Origin: an uncultured Bacilli bacterium
GTDB taxonomy: Bacteria > Bacillota_I > Bacilli_A > RF39 > UBA660
NCBI GenBank assembly: GCA_934102335.1
Contig: CAKOSP010000001.1
Span: 268,511-332,510, forward strand
Length of the DNA: 64,000 bases
Direction of reading: 5' to 3'
Position 1 is the stretch's first letter. Each line of letters opens with the position of its first letter. This document shows positions 27,756 through 38,378 of the stretch, piece by piece. The position numbers were made by a program, and so were the translations under genes. The notes below the pieces were generated by a model that made no database searches, was not told the DNA's origin, and saw only the letters and a program-made list of their open reading frames with translations.

Positions 27756-28867
27756 TGACTATTATTTGCTGGAGGATTTATACCAGGATTATTTAAATTA
27801 TTTCCCATAACTGGCTGTACAGGCTTTTGAACAACTGTAGCTTGGTTATTTTGTTGAACATTTATATTTTCAGAAGGAGTATTATTTACAACTGGCGGAG
27901 TTTGAACCGGTATCTGTTCAGGAGTTTGTTCAGTTTGAATATGCGGTGTAGCATGATTTTGATTGCCAAATTTTTTAGTATAATATGCTAAAACCTCATT
28001 TAATGCAGGAATTGAAGATTTAGATCCAAATTTTGAAACGCTTAAACCAGCAGCTATATTAGCAATTTGAATACACTTTTCAATGTCATATCCAACCGAC
28101 ACGCCATAAACAAAAGCTCCTCTAAATACATTACTAGAACCACTTTTATCAGAGGCTGCTATATCAATACCTTTTATCATATTAATTTTCTTATCTTTTG
28201 TATATAAAGCTCCACTAGCTCCTAAAGTTATGACTATATTACTCCTAGGATATTTATCTAAAAGTTTATTATATAAGTTAACTAATGATTGAGCATTATT
28301 TACATCTACTTGTAATTTAGTTACGGATGAAGCGAATTCCAAAGTAGCCAATATATATTTTCCGTACTTACATAATTCTTTAGTTTCTAAATCATCTTTT
28401 TTAGCAAAAACAAAGTTATCTTTATTTGGATATTTATTTATAGCGGTAAGAAAAGCATGATATTCATTACTATCTCCTAAAATATAATCAGGTTCTACTT
28501 GCCAACTTTCTTTTTTTATATAAGCACGCTCAGGCATTATATCAAATTTAGTATTATTACCATTCACTTTATCTACTAATATAAAAGCTGTTGGAGTAGG
28601 TTTATCAAAAGTCGTTTCTAAATATTCTAATCTTACACCACTTTGAGCAAGCTCTTTTCTAATTTTATTTCCATAGTCATCTCCACCAACAACAGATGCT
28701 ATATACGTTTCAAGACCCCAAGAAGCTAATAAAATAGAGCAATCATAGGCAAATCCTCCACCACTTTCAACCTTATCTTGTATTAAATATGTTTTACCTT
28801 CCTCAGGAAAAGAATCAACTTTACAAGTCATATTATAAGAAACCAAACCAAAACATAATGCTCTCAT
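27752..28867 (-). CDS. PfkB/ribokinase-family protein with degenerate catalytic motif and P/Q/N-rich C-terminal tail
   Basis: 371 aa. Ribokinase-like fold motifs include ESGGGFAYD. The expected DTxGAGD motif reads DKSGSSN. The last ~70 aa are low-complexity (QTPPVVNNTP...NPPANNSQ). Confidence 0.65.
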   Translation of the reverse strand: MRALCFGLVSYNMTCKVDSFPEEGKTYLIQDKVESGGGFAYDCSILLASWGLETYIASVVGGDDYGNKIRKELAQSGVRLEYLETTFDKPTPTAFILVDKVNGNNTKFDIMPERAYIKKESWQVEPDYILGDSNEYHAFLTAINKYPNKDNFVFAKKDDLETKELCKYGKYILATLEFASSVTKLQVDVNNAQSLVNLYNKLLDKYPRSNIVITLGASGALYTKDKKINMIKGIDIAASDKSGSSNVFRGAFVYGVSVGYDIEKCIQIANIAAGLSVSKFGSKSSIPALNEVLAYYTKKFGNQNHATPHIQTEQTPEQIPVQTPPVVNNTPSENINVQQNNQATVVQKPVQPVMGNNLNNPGINPPANNSQ

Positions 28868-28922
28868 AATAACCTCCTTATTCTAAACACTATTATATAA
28901 TAATTTTTAGCAAATTTCCACT

Positions 28923-29570
28923 CTAATTAAGATTATCTTTTTTTATTATAAATAAATTATTCTTTTTATAAAAAGCATAAAATATATTATTTAATTTTAT
29001 GTTCTGATGAATTAATTCATTTTTTAACCAAACTTCCGTTTTGCCAATTTTAGTTAAAGCCTTTAGATTTACACTTCCATCAACTATAATTGGAATTGGA
29101 TAAGCACTTTTATTCTTAAACCAATTATATTTAAATATTGAAAGTTTACCATTAGGTTCTAAAAAGGCATATTCAATTTGATCTATACTTCTAATTTCTT
29201 TTTGTCTCATACTAATTAACAAATCATCTAAATTATATCTTTGTTTAACCATTTCTTTATAATTAATTTTACCATTGCAAATAATAAGAGATGGTTTACC
29301 ATCTAAAACAGTTCTAATCTTTCTTGATTTCATTGTTAAATATGCTAAGCCAATTTCTAAAACCACCAATAACATAATGGGAATAACCGTAAATAACATA
29401 GAGTCATTTTTATTTTCAATAGATATTGCTACCAATTCTGCTATAAGAATAGACACTATTAAATCAACAATACCCAATTGACCAATTTCTCTTTTACCCA
29501 TCATTCTATAAGCCAAGGTTATAAAAAAATAAAAGAAAATAGTTCTATATATTACTGTCAACAATTCCAT
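28923..29570 (-). CDS. DUF421 (YetF/YrbG-like) membrane protein
   Basis: 215 aa. N-terminal 3-TM region containing RMMGKREIGQL..VDLIVSILIAE. Confidence 0.6.
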   Translation of the reverse strand: MELLTVIYRTIFFYFFITLAYRMMGKREIGQLGIVDLIVSILIAELVAISIENKNDSMLFTVIPIMLLVVLEIGLAYLTMKSRKIRTVLDGKPSLIICNGKINYKEMVKQRYNLDDLLISMRQKEIRSIDQIEYAFLEPNGKLSIFKYNWFKNKSAYPIPIIVDGSVNLKALTKIGKTEVWLKNELIHQNIKLNNIFYAFYKKNNLFIIKKDNLN

Positions 29571-29641
29571 AAAATCACCTATTTTTATTATGATTTATTT
29601 ATATTTTTTTTAATCAAACATATTATTAATTAGGTGATTTT

Positions 29642-30003
29642 ATGAAAAAAATGTTATTTTACGCTAAAACTTTAGGAATATTTTCTCTTATTCAAATTAT
29701 AATTATTTTCCTTTGTAGTATTTTAAATATAATCTTTAATTCAAGTAATATAACTACAATTATCTTATTTATATCAAATATAGCTTTATTTGTATTTCTA
29801 GGTTTTCAAAATGGTAAAAATAGCACTAAAAAAGGCCTAGTTACCGGATTATTACTAGGTCTATTATTAGTTTTATTTTTATTTATCTTATATATAATTT
29901 TTTATGAATTTAGTTTTGATATAAACAAAGTAGTTTATTATTTATCACTTATTTTATCCTCAACTCTAGGAAGTATAATTGGTAAAAACAAACAAAAAAA
30001 AGA

Positions 30004-30007
<4 letters not shown>
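29642..30007 (+). CDS. small 4-TM membrane protein (YrzE/TIGR04086-like by position)
   Basis: 121 aa polytopic protein. Its position near tgt and yrbG is like that of B. subtilis yrzE. Confidence 0.35.
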
Positions 30008-31432
<1,425 letters not shown>

Positions 31433-31472
31433 TCACCACATAATAATTATACCATGCTTAAATTAATTTAAC

Positions 31473-31501
31473 TAGACAAAAGAATTTATATATGCTAATA
31501 T
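31473..31501 (+). promoter_or_regulatory. promoter of small RNA candidate
   Basis: TAGACA-17 nt-TAATAT with TGc at the extended -10 position. Divergent from the tgt promoter (TGgTATAAT on the minus strand). Confidence 0.5.
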
Positions 31502-31505
31502 TAAT

Positions 31506-31583
31506 GTGCCGGGAAGCAATTCCGTCGGGCATATGCATGGCCTTTATGGTCAATGTAGGAAACCGCTTAATCGCGGTTTTTTT
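31506..31583 (+). ncRNA. candidate stand-alone small RNA (~78 nt), family unknown
   Basis: A stretch of about 50% GC in a ~25% GC background. Contains the hairpin GGAA-GCAA-UUCC nested in UGCC/GGCA, a second hairpin GGCC-UUUAU-GGUC, and the terminator AACCGC-UUAAUC-GCGGUU plus U7. There is no downstream plus-strand gene. Confidence 0.45.
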
Positions 31584-31590
31584 ATGCAAT

Positions 31591-31609
31591 AAAAAAGAGC
31601 CACTGGCTC
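31591..31609 (-). terminator. terminator of cvpA
   Basis: GAGCC-ACT-GGCTC hairpin immediately after the cvpA stop, with a T-run on the minus strand. Confidence 0.55.
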
Positions 31610-31610
31610 A

Positions 31611-32309
31611 CTAATTAAATGTTATATTTTCAATACCCAATTTCTTAGCATCCTCAAGTTCTTTTACCTTTTCAGAAGTAACTACTTGATATTTAATATA
31701 TACTTGTAAAGCAGAGATATTAAAATCTGTTTTATCTTCAGAATTTTTATATTGGTCAACAAGTTCATAAACCTCTTCAGAAGCTAAAGTTGATGGTGCA
31801 AATACAGTTCTAATCATTGGAGTTCTTTCTAAAAAGTTTAATCCGAAATGACTTTGCATAACATATTGTGTAGTATTAGGCAACTGACTTAAAACCCAAA
31901 CTCCAACAAAAGCTATCATTGTTCCTTCAATAAAACCAACTAATGCTCCTAAAATTTTATCAATCTTTTTATTAACCAACCATTCTTTTTTATATACTTT
32001 GTCAAATACGCCTCCAACCGCAACAATAATACTCAAGAAGCAATATAAAAGTACGTAAATTACAACAAAAGATACAGCTTGATAAAACATAATATTAACA
32101 GCATACACTCCCTGGTAAATACCAGCAAAGTTAAAAAACGGCATAAATCCCATTAACCAATTTCCTAACATTCCCTTAAATGTATAGGATAAAATGCCTA
32201 TAATTACGAATGCTAAAGTTTTTAAAATTCCTTTAACCGTTCCCCTTTTTACTCCAATAATCACAGACAATAAAACAAGTACTAAAATTCCAATATCAAC
32301 TATATTCAT
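31611..32309 (-). CDS. cvpA: CvpA-family (colicin V production) membrane protein
   Basis: MNIVDIGILVLVLLSVIIGVKRG start with an AAAGAGGA SD. The ORF track extends 8 codons upstream. 4-5 TM segments. Confidence 0.7.
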   Translation of the reverse strand: MNIVDIGILVLVLLSVIIGVKRGTVKGILKTLAFVIIGILSYTFKGMLGNWLMGFMPFFNFAGIYQGVYAVNIMFYQAVSFVVIYVLLYCFLSIIVAVGGVFDKVYKKEWLVNKKIDKILGALVGFIEGTMIAFVGVWVLSQLPNTTQYVMQSHFGLNFLERTPMIRTVFAPSTLASEEVYELVDQYKNSEDKTDFNISALQVYIKYQVVTSEKVKELEDAKKLGIENITFN

Positions 32310-32396
32310 AATCAATCCTCTTTTCTCTAGCATAATTATATTATATTTTAAGTGAAAAATAAAGCTATTTATGATAAAATATTTTTGGTGATGTAA

Positions 32397-33335
32397 ATGA
32401 TCTTTGTTTTTAAACCAAGTGAAAACGTAAAAAAGAAAATGATAGCGTATTATGCACCTTTAAAAAAAGCTACAACTCCCCCATATGCTGTATTTCAAGC
32501 TATGGATGCAGATACTACTATTACTTTATATGAATCAGGAAAAGCAGTTTTTCAGGGTCTAAGTGCTGATATAGATGCCAGGATATGGCAAGAAATGGAA
32601 AAAAAATTAAATAATCGTAATATAGATTTAGATGATCATCAATCAGGAAAGAAAAAAGAAACTATAAATACACAAAACGCCTATCTAAAAACAATTTCTA
32701 CGGCTGGTTCTGATGAAGTTGGTACTGGAGACTATTTTGGGCCAATTATTGTAAGTGCAACATATGTATCTAAAGAAAATATTAGTCTTATGAAAGAATT
32801 AAAAGTTAACGATTCTAAAAAAATAACAGATGAAAAAATAAAAGAAATAGCCCCAATTTTAATGTCAAAAATACCATATGTGACTTTTAAATTATCCAAT
32901 GAGGACTATAATAAACTAGAAGATAAAAATATGAACAAAATTAAGGCTATTTTACATAATAAAGTTTTAGTAAAACTTTTAGAAAACGAAAATGTAAAAC
33001 CTGAAAAAATAGTAATTGATCAATTTGTTTATCCTAAAAAATATTTTGAACATATTAACATGGCAACTAAAAAAGTAACTAATATTCTTTTTATTACAAA
33101 AGCCGAGTCACAAGTTTATAGTGTTGCCGCTGCCTCTATCATATCAAGATATATATTTTTAAAAGAAATGAACGAACTTAGCACAAAACTAAAAAAAGTC
33201 ATACCATTAGGTGCAGGAACAATAGTAGATGATTTTGGTAAAGAAATTGTAAAAGAATACGGAAAAGATTATTTAAATAAAATAGCTAAAATTAATTTTA
33301 AAAACACTGAAAAAATACTAGTAAACAACAACTAG
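32397..33335 (+). CDS. rnhC: ribonuclease HIII
   Basis: 312 aa. N-terminal TBP-like domain and the GSDEVGTGDYFGP catalytic motif. cvpA lies adjacent, as in B. subtilis. Confidence 0.85.
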   Translation: MIFVFKPSENVKKKMIAYYAPLKKATTPPYAVFQAMDADTTITLYESGKAVFQGLSADIDARIWQEMEKKLNNRNIDLDDHQSGKKKETINTQNAYLKTISTAGSDEVGTGDYFGPIIVSATYVSKENISLMKELKVNDSKKITDEKIKEIAPILMSKIPYVTFKLSNEDYNKLEDKNMNKIKAILHNKVLVKLLENENVKPEKIVIDQFVYPKKYFEHINMATKKVTNILFITKAESQVYSVAAASIISRYIFLKEMNELSTKLKKVIPLGAGTIVDDFGKEIVKEYGKDYLNKIAKINFKNTEKILVNNN

Positions 33336-33342
33336 TATTTTT

Positions 33343-34275
33343 TTATTCCATAATTTCATATAAAAAATTATATATCACTACGTTTTTATCTAATAACCCA
33401 CTTTTTAAACCCAAATCTATTTGACCAAGTTTTTTAATTAAATTTAATAATTCCTTTTCAGAATAATTTAAAGAAGAATTATATAACCTTTCAATTTGCC
33501 AAGGCTGTAATCCTAACTCATTAGATATTTTTTTTATATCATAATGCATTTTTGTATATTTTTTAATAAAGTACATTTTTTTATACTCTTTATAAAGCAT
33601 TATTATTAACATATTTTCTTCAACTTTATAAATCTTTAAATCCCTATAAATATCTAAAGCCTTAGACATATTTTTTTGAATACAAGCTTCAATAAAATGA
33701 AAACTATTATTATCAAGAGGCTTAGCCACAATATTTTCCACATCTTCTAGTCTTATATTACATGGCTTATTATAAAACAACATAAGTTTATCTAATTCAT
33801 TATAAATCATGTCTAAATTCAAGCCTAAAACATTTACAAGATAGCCACTTGCTTTAAACTCAATCGAATATTTATATTTATTTAAATAATCAGTAATAAA
33901 AGTATATATGTTTTTATAATCAATTTTAGGCAATTCAATATAACAATATTTCTCTTTTATAGTTTTAACTATTTTTTTTCTAGAATCTACTCCATCACAT
34001 ATAAAAATTAAGATACTACTTTTATTTGGATCTTCTAAATACTTATTCAATAATTCTGAATCGTCATCGTTTTTAGAATTAAATACATCACAATTTTTTA
34101 CTATTATAACTTTAATAGATGAATCAAGTGAAAAATAATTGGCCTCATTTAAAACTTCTCGCATGTTAGAATTATAATTAATATTTACAATATTATAATC
34201 TTCTTTAATTATTTTATCTAATTCAAAAGAAACCAAATGATATATACTTCCATTAATCAAATAAACATTATTCAT
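33343..34275 (-). CDS. holA: DNA polymerase III delta subunit
   Basis: 310 aa with the length and layout of HolA. Position next to comEC is as in B. subtilis. Sequence similarity judged by eye only. Confidence 0.65.
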   Translation of the reverse strand: MNNVYLINGSIYHLVSFELDKIIKEDYNIVNINYNSNMREVLNEANYFSLDSSIKVIIVKNCDVFNSKNDDDSELLNKYLEDPNKSSILIFICDGVDSRKKIVKTIKEKYCYIELPKIDYKNIYTFITDYLNKYKYSIEFKASGYLVNVLGLNLDMIYNELDKLMLFYNKPCNIRLEDVENIVAKPLDNNSFHFIEACIQKNMSKALDIYRDLKIYKVEENMLIIMLYKEYKKMYFIKKYTKMHYDIKKISNELGLQPWQIERLYNSSLNYSEKELLNLIKKLGQIDLGLKSGLLDKNVVIYNFLYEIME

Positions 34276-34435
34276 AAAAAACCTCTACAACCATTATACT
34301 AAAATAGTGTATTTAATTCTATAGAAAAAGAAGGAAAAATTCCTTCCATCTATTTAAACATTATATAATGTTATTATATTGTATGCAATATTTTTATAAT
34401 TTGATTGTATACAATTATATTAAATAATAATATTT

Positions 34436-35113
34436 CTATTTTTTGATTTTTTTATCAACTAATACTTTTTGAAATTTTTTTCTTTCATTAGCTTGATCCA
34501 TATTATATTCTACTAAAGATAAATATTTTTTTAATTCTTTTATAAATTCTTTATCACTATAAGATTGGGTTGAAATTTTAATTTGAAATATTAAAGTAAT
34601 TAAATCTAATCTTCTTTTTCCATTAGGTTTAAATTCATCATAATCATTAGTTACATATTTATCTGCAAAATCTTTATGTTGTAATAAATATGTTTTTTTA
34701 TCAACTCTTGATATATTCTCACACTCATAAATTAAGTAATAAGTTTCTTTTTCGAATTTTAACATTAAAAATGGATCGTATACATAATTACCTACTTCCA
34801 CCCAATCATAACCATTACCACTTTTACCATATAAATCTTTGATTTTATGTTTGCTACCACTAACAAGCAAAGCATCATCTAAAGAAAGAAACATACAAAG
34901 GCTTTTATCAAAACAATTGTTTTGTGTAAATAAGTAATTATAATATTTTACATAAAATGAGGCAGGTAAACACCCAATAATCGTATTATTCATTTTATTA
35001 AATATGTCTTCACTAAAATGAGTAATTTTACCTTCTTTTAAACCTTTATTAATTAAACAATTAATTCTTATATTCATTAATTGTTTTTTTAGTTTTTCAA
35101 ATCCTTCCGTCAA
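34436..35113 (-). CDS. hypothetical protein (orphan)
   Basis: 225 aa with no recognised family. Contains several Cys and a GYDWVEVGNYVYDPF segment. Inserted between holA and comEC. Confidence 0.45.
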   Translation of the reverse strand: MTEGFEKLKKQLMNIRINCLINKGLKEGKITHFSEDIFNKMNNTIIGCLPASFYVKYYNYLFTQNNCFDKSLCMFLSLDDALLVSGSKHKIKDLYGKSGNGYDWVEVGNYVYDPFLMLKFEKETYYLIYECENISRVDKKTYLLQHKDFADKYVTNDYDEFKPNGKRRLDLITLIFQIKISTQSYSDKEFIKELKKYLSLVEYNMDQANERKKFQKVLVDKKIKK

Positions 35114-35192
35114 TCAAAACACCCCTTTTCAAATCAGAGCATATCATAACATAAAAACACTAAAAATTCAAATTTTAAAAAATATTATCTAC

Positions 35193-35571
35193 TTATTTTT
35201 TATGAGAAAAATTTAAATTACCTTCACAAATAACATTAGTATAATTAACCAATTGCTTTATTGAGCCAAAATCCGCTTTATTAGCATGGAAGTCTCCATT
35301 TGCAAAATTTCCATTACTACCACTATCAGTTAAAGCAATATGTTAAACATTTTCCACATCCGAATCAATTAAAAAAACCAACATTTTTATATATTCTAAC
35401 GGCTACATTCGGAACTAACAAAGGTAAAAGAAACTGAATCAAAATCATTATTCATCATCATTGCAACTTCATATGTCCAAAATAAACAATCATATTTTAC
35501 GGTATAATTAATTTTATGTAAATAAGGCAAATCTACTTATTACCATTATATTTAGCAACAACTGGGTCCAT
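35193..35571 (-). pseudogene. decayed ORF (multiple in-frame stops and frameshifts)
   Basis: GGGAAGTGA SD plus ATG giving MDPVVAKYNGNK*. Downstream fragments lie in other frames (..MIVYFGHMKLQ*, ..LVFLIDSDVENV*HIALTDSGSNGNFANGDFHANKADFGSIKQLVNYTNVICEGNLNFSHKK*). Confidence 0.4.
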
Positions 35572-35612
35572 TATAATCACTTCCCAAATAAATTATATCG
35601 CCAATATTTTTA

Positions 35613-37646
35613 TTAACTGTAAATATTTATATTGTATTTATTTTTATTCAATTCAATTTCTATGCTCCCATCTAAATCTGTTCTATAAATATTACTATTA
35701 CTTAATGTATCTAAAACGCTTTCTTTTGGATGACCATATCTATTATTTTCTCCAACACTTATTAAAGAATATCTAGGATTAATCTTATTTATAAAATATT
35801 TACTAGAAGAAGTATTTGATCCATGATGCCCAACTTTTAGAAAATCAATCATTCCCAAATTATATTTTTCCAAAATATCTTTTTCTCTTTTTACTCCAGC
35901 ATCCCCCATAAATAAAAAACTATAATTACCATAATTAAAATATATAACACTACTATTGTCATTTTCGTTGTTATATTCTTTAGTATTTAAAAAATGCAAT
36001 TCATTTTCGTTTATATTTAATTCTTTAATACAAGCATTATATTTAATTTTTTTATTATTTAAAACTCCTATAAGATTTTTTTCTAAATTATTAAATTCAC
36101 CACAATTAAATATAACCTGACCAACTTTAAAATTATTAACTATATACTCTGCATCTCCCATATGATCAAAATCTCCATGAGTTAAAATTATATTATCAAT
36201 TCTTGTTATTCCCAAACTTTTTAAATATAAAATAGTATTTTTAGATACCTTATAATCACTATTTATTTTTCCGCCAGTATCTATCAAACTAACAGTTTTA
36301 TTATGAGGAGAAATAATTAATGTACTATCCCCTTGCCCAACATCTAAAAAAATCACTTTAAAATTTGTATTAATCTTAGGCACTACATTATTTATAATTA
36401 AAAGTAATATTAAAACACTTAAAAATATTTTTTTGTATTTTGTCTTTATAAAAAATATTAAAAATAAGTAATAAAAAAAGACAAAAAGTAAAGACATTTT
36501 GGGAATAATTATATTAAAAGCCATTTTATTTAATAACCAATTTAAATATTCAAAAACATTTATAAAATAATGATGTATAGGTAATAATACTGAAAATAAT
36601 AAAGTAAATAAGGTTAATGGATAAAATATATAAGAGACAAAAGGAACCATGAACATATTAACTAATAGACTCATAATATTAATTTCATAATTTAAATTTA
36701 CTGTTATGGGGAGAGAAAACAAAAAAGATATTAAACTAACCAAAAATAATTGTTTAATTTTAGTACCAGTTATTATTTCTTTAGATAGCATTATGCCAAA
36801 AGTTATAATAATTGAATATCTAAAACCAATATCATAAAAATAAAATGGATTAATAAAAATTAAAATAAAAGCAGTCAAAAATAATAATTTTAAATTTGAA
36901 ATTCCAAATTTAGCTCTACTATTAATAAAACCAAGCAAATAAAATATAAAACATCGTAATATTGACACTGTAAACCCGGTTAAAAAAACATAAAAAAGTA
37001 AAAATAATATAGTTATAACAAATTGAGCATTAATAGAAAATTTTTTTAATACTTTTTTTAAAATAAGAATAAATAATGATATATGCATTCCCGATATAGC
37101 CAGTAAATGTGCTATTCCATTACTCTTGTATAATTCATATAAATCTGATTCTAAATCATCTTTATTTCCAGTTATAAATAATTTTAAATATACAGAAGAC
37201 TTTTCGTCTTTATCCATTACTGCTTTTAATTTATTTTTAATTTTATATAAAATATTTTCATCTCTATTAATATGATAATTTGTTAAAGTTAAAATTTTAT
37301 ATATTCTTTTATTATATAAATAATTTTTATAGTTAAAAGCCTTGGGCACAGTATTATTTTTAGGATCCTTTAATACACCCTCAAGTGTCACATACATGCC
37401 TTCTTTTAAATTACCATCCTCTTTATAATAATTTACTTTAACATTTTCTTTTTCTTTAATTTCAAACGAAACATTGCCATTTTTTCTACTTAGTTGAGTA
37501 ACTACTCCACTTATGTTCACATTTTCACTTTCATATATACTCTGGTATTTAATTATTTTTGTTAAAAATAAAACATATAAAAAACATATAACAAATAATA
37601 ATATATAAAAAATATTAGACTGTAATATAATCTTTAATCTTTGCAT
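35613..37646 (-). CDS. comEC: DNA internalisation competence protein ComEC/Rec2
   Basis: Polytopic competence domain plus a C-terminal metallo-beta-lactamase domain (DVGQGDS, LTHGDFDHMGD, HHGS). Start set at MQRLKI, which has a GGTGA SD. Confidence 0.88.
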   Translation of the reverse strand: MQRLKIILQSNIFYILLFVICFLYVLFLTKIIKYQSIYESENVNISGVVTQLSRKNGNVSFEIKEKENVKVNYYKEDGNLKEGMYVTLEGVLKDPKNNTVPKAFNYKNYLYNKRIYKILTLTNYHINRDENILYKIKNKLKAVMDKDEKSSVYLKLFITGNKDDLESDLYELYKSNGIAHLLAISGMHISLFILILKKVLKKFSINAQFVITILFLLFYVFLTGFTVSILRCFIFYLLGFINSRAKFGISNLKLLFLTAFILIFINPFYFYDIGFRYSIIITFGIMLSKEIITGTKIKQLFLVSLISFLFSLPITVNLNYEINIMSLLVNMFMVPFVSYIFYPLTLFTLLFSVLLPIHHYFINVFEYLNWLLNKMAFNIIIPKMSLLFVFFYYLFLIFFIKTKYKKIFLSVLILLLIINNVVPKINTNFKVIFLDVGQGDSTLIISPHNKTVSLIDTGGKINSDYKVSKNTILYLKSLGITRIDNIILTHGDFDHMGDAEYIVNNFKVGQVIFNCGEFNNLEKNLIGVLNNKKIKYNACIKELNINENELHFLNTKEYNNENDNSSVIYFNYGNYSFLFMGDAGVKREKDILEKYNLGMIDFLKVGHHGSNTSSSKYFINKINPRYSLISVGENNRYGHPKESVLDTLSNSNIYRTDLDGSIEIELNKNKYNINIYS

Positions 37647-38325
37647 ACACAGTATCACCAATACCAGAGACATTTTTTATATCTTGTATATCTTTAAAAT
37701 TTCCTTGCTCTTCTCGATAATTAATAATACTTTTTGCTTTTGATTCACCTATGCCAGAAATAGTCATAAGTTCTTCTTTAGAGGCAGTATTAATATTAAC
37801 TAACTTAGTCTTTTCAGTTTCTTTCGGTGTATTATCATTTAATTCAGTAGAAGTCTCATTAGCAACTATAGTAGAATTACCATTATTTATACACTCTCCT
37901 ATGTCAATATCACTGGTATTACACGTCTCAGTTTTTTCCTTATTAACAAATTTAGTTTTATATTCATAATTTGTATAAACATATATAACCATTTCATCAC
38001 TAATCTTCTTGCTTAAATTAATATTATTTTTATAACTATTTTTATTAAAACCGCCTGCTAAATTTATTACGTCATTCACAATAGAATTTTTCTTCAATTG
38101 ATAAACACCAGGATTTTTAACTGCTCCTTTAACATCTACAAAAAATAAAGTTTCAGACTCATCACTTTGACTATCTTTTTCAGCAATATATTGTGGGTAT
38201 TCTAATACCTCAGAATTTTCTCCAATATCATTTTTTAAAAATAAAAAATAAGCTTCAAAAATGCAAACAAAAAATAACACTATAATTAAAAGATAATACC
38301 ATTTTTGTTTAATAATATTTATCAT
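37615..38325 (-). CDS. comEA: competence protein ComEA (DNA receptor)
   Basis: N-terminal TM segment, SLBB-like VDVKGAVKNPGVY, and a C-terminal helix-hairpin-helix pair (INTASKEEL..ISGIGESKA..VSGIG). Confidence 0.85.
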   Translation of the reverse strand: MINIIKQKWYYLLIIVLFFVCIFEAYFLFLKNDIGENSEVLEYPQYIAEKDSQSDESETLFFVDVKGAVKNPGVYQLKKNSIVNDVINLAGGFNKNSYKNNINLSKKISDEMVIYVYTNYEYKTKFVNKEKTETCNTSDIDIGECINNGNSTIVANETSTELNDNTPKETEKTKLVNINTASKEELMTISGIGESKAKSIINYREEQGNFKDIQDIKNVSGIGDTVYAKIKDYITV

Positions 38326-38378
38326 AAAAAAATCCTCCTTTCATATTCATATATACAAAAGAAGGATTATATTTCCTT

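Noticed and set aside
31506-31583. Possibility that the small RNA is the SRP (4.5S/scRNA) RNA
   Set aside because: The sequence contains GGGAAGCAA and GUAGGAAAC, but not in the order or pairing of SRP helix 8 (AGGUC..GNRA..GGAAGCAGC). I could not build the conserved symmetric loop, so the family is left open.
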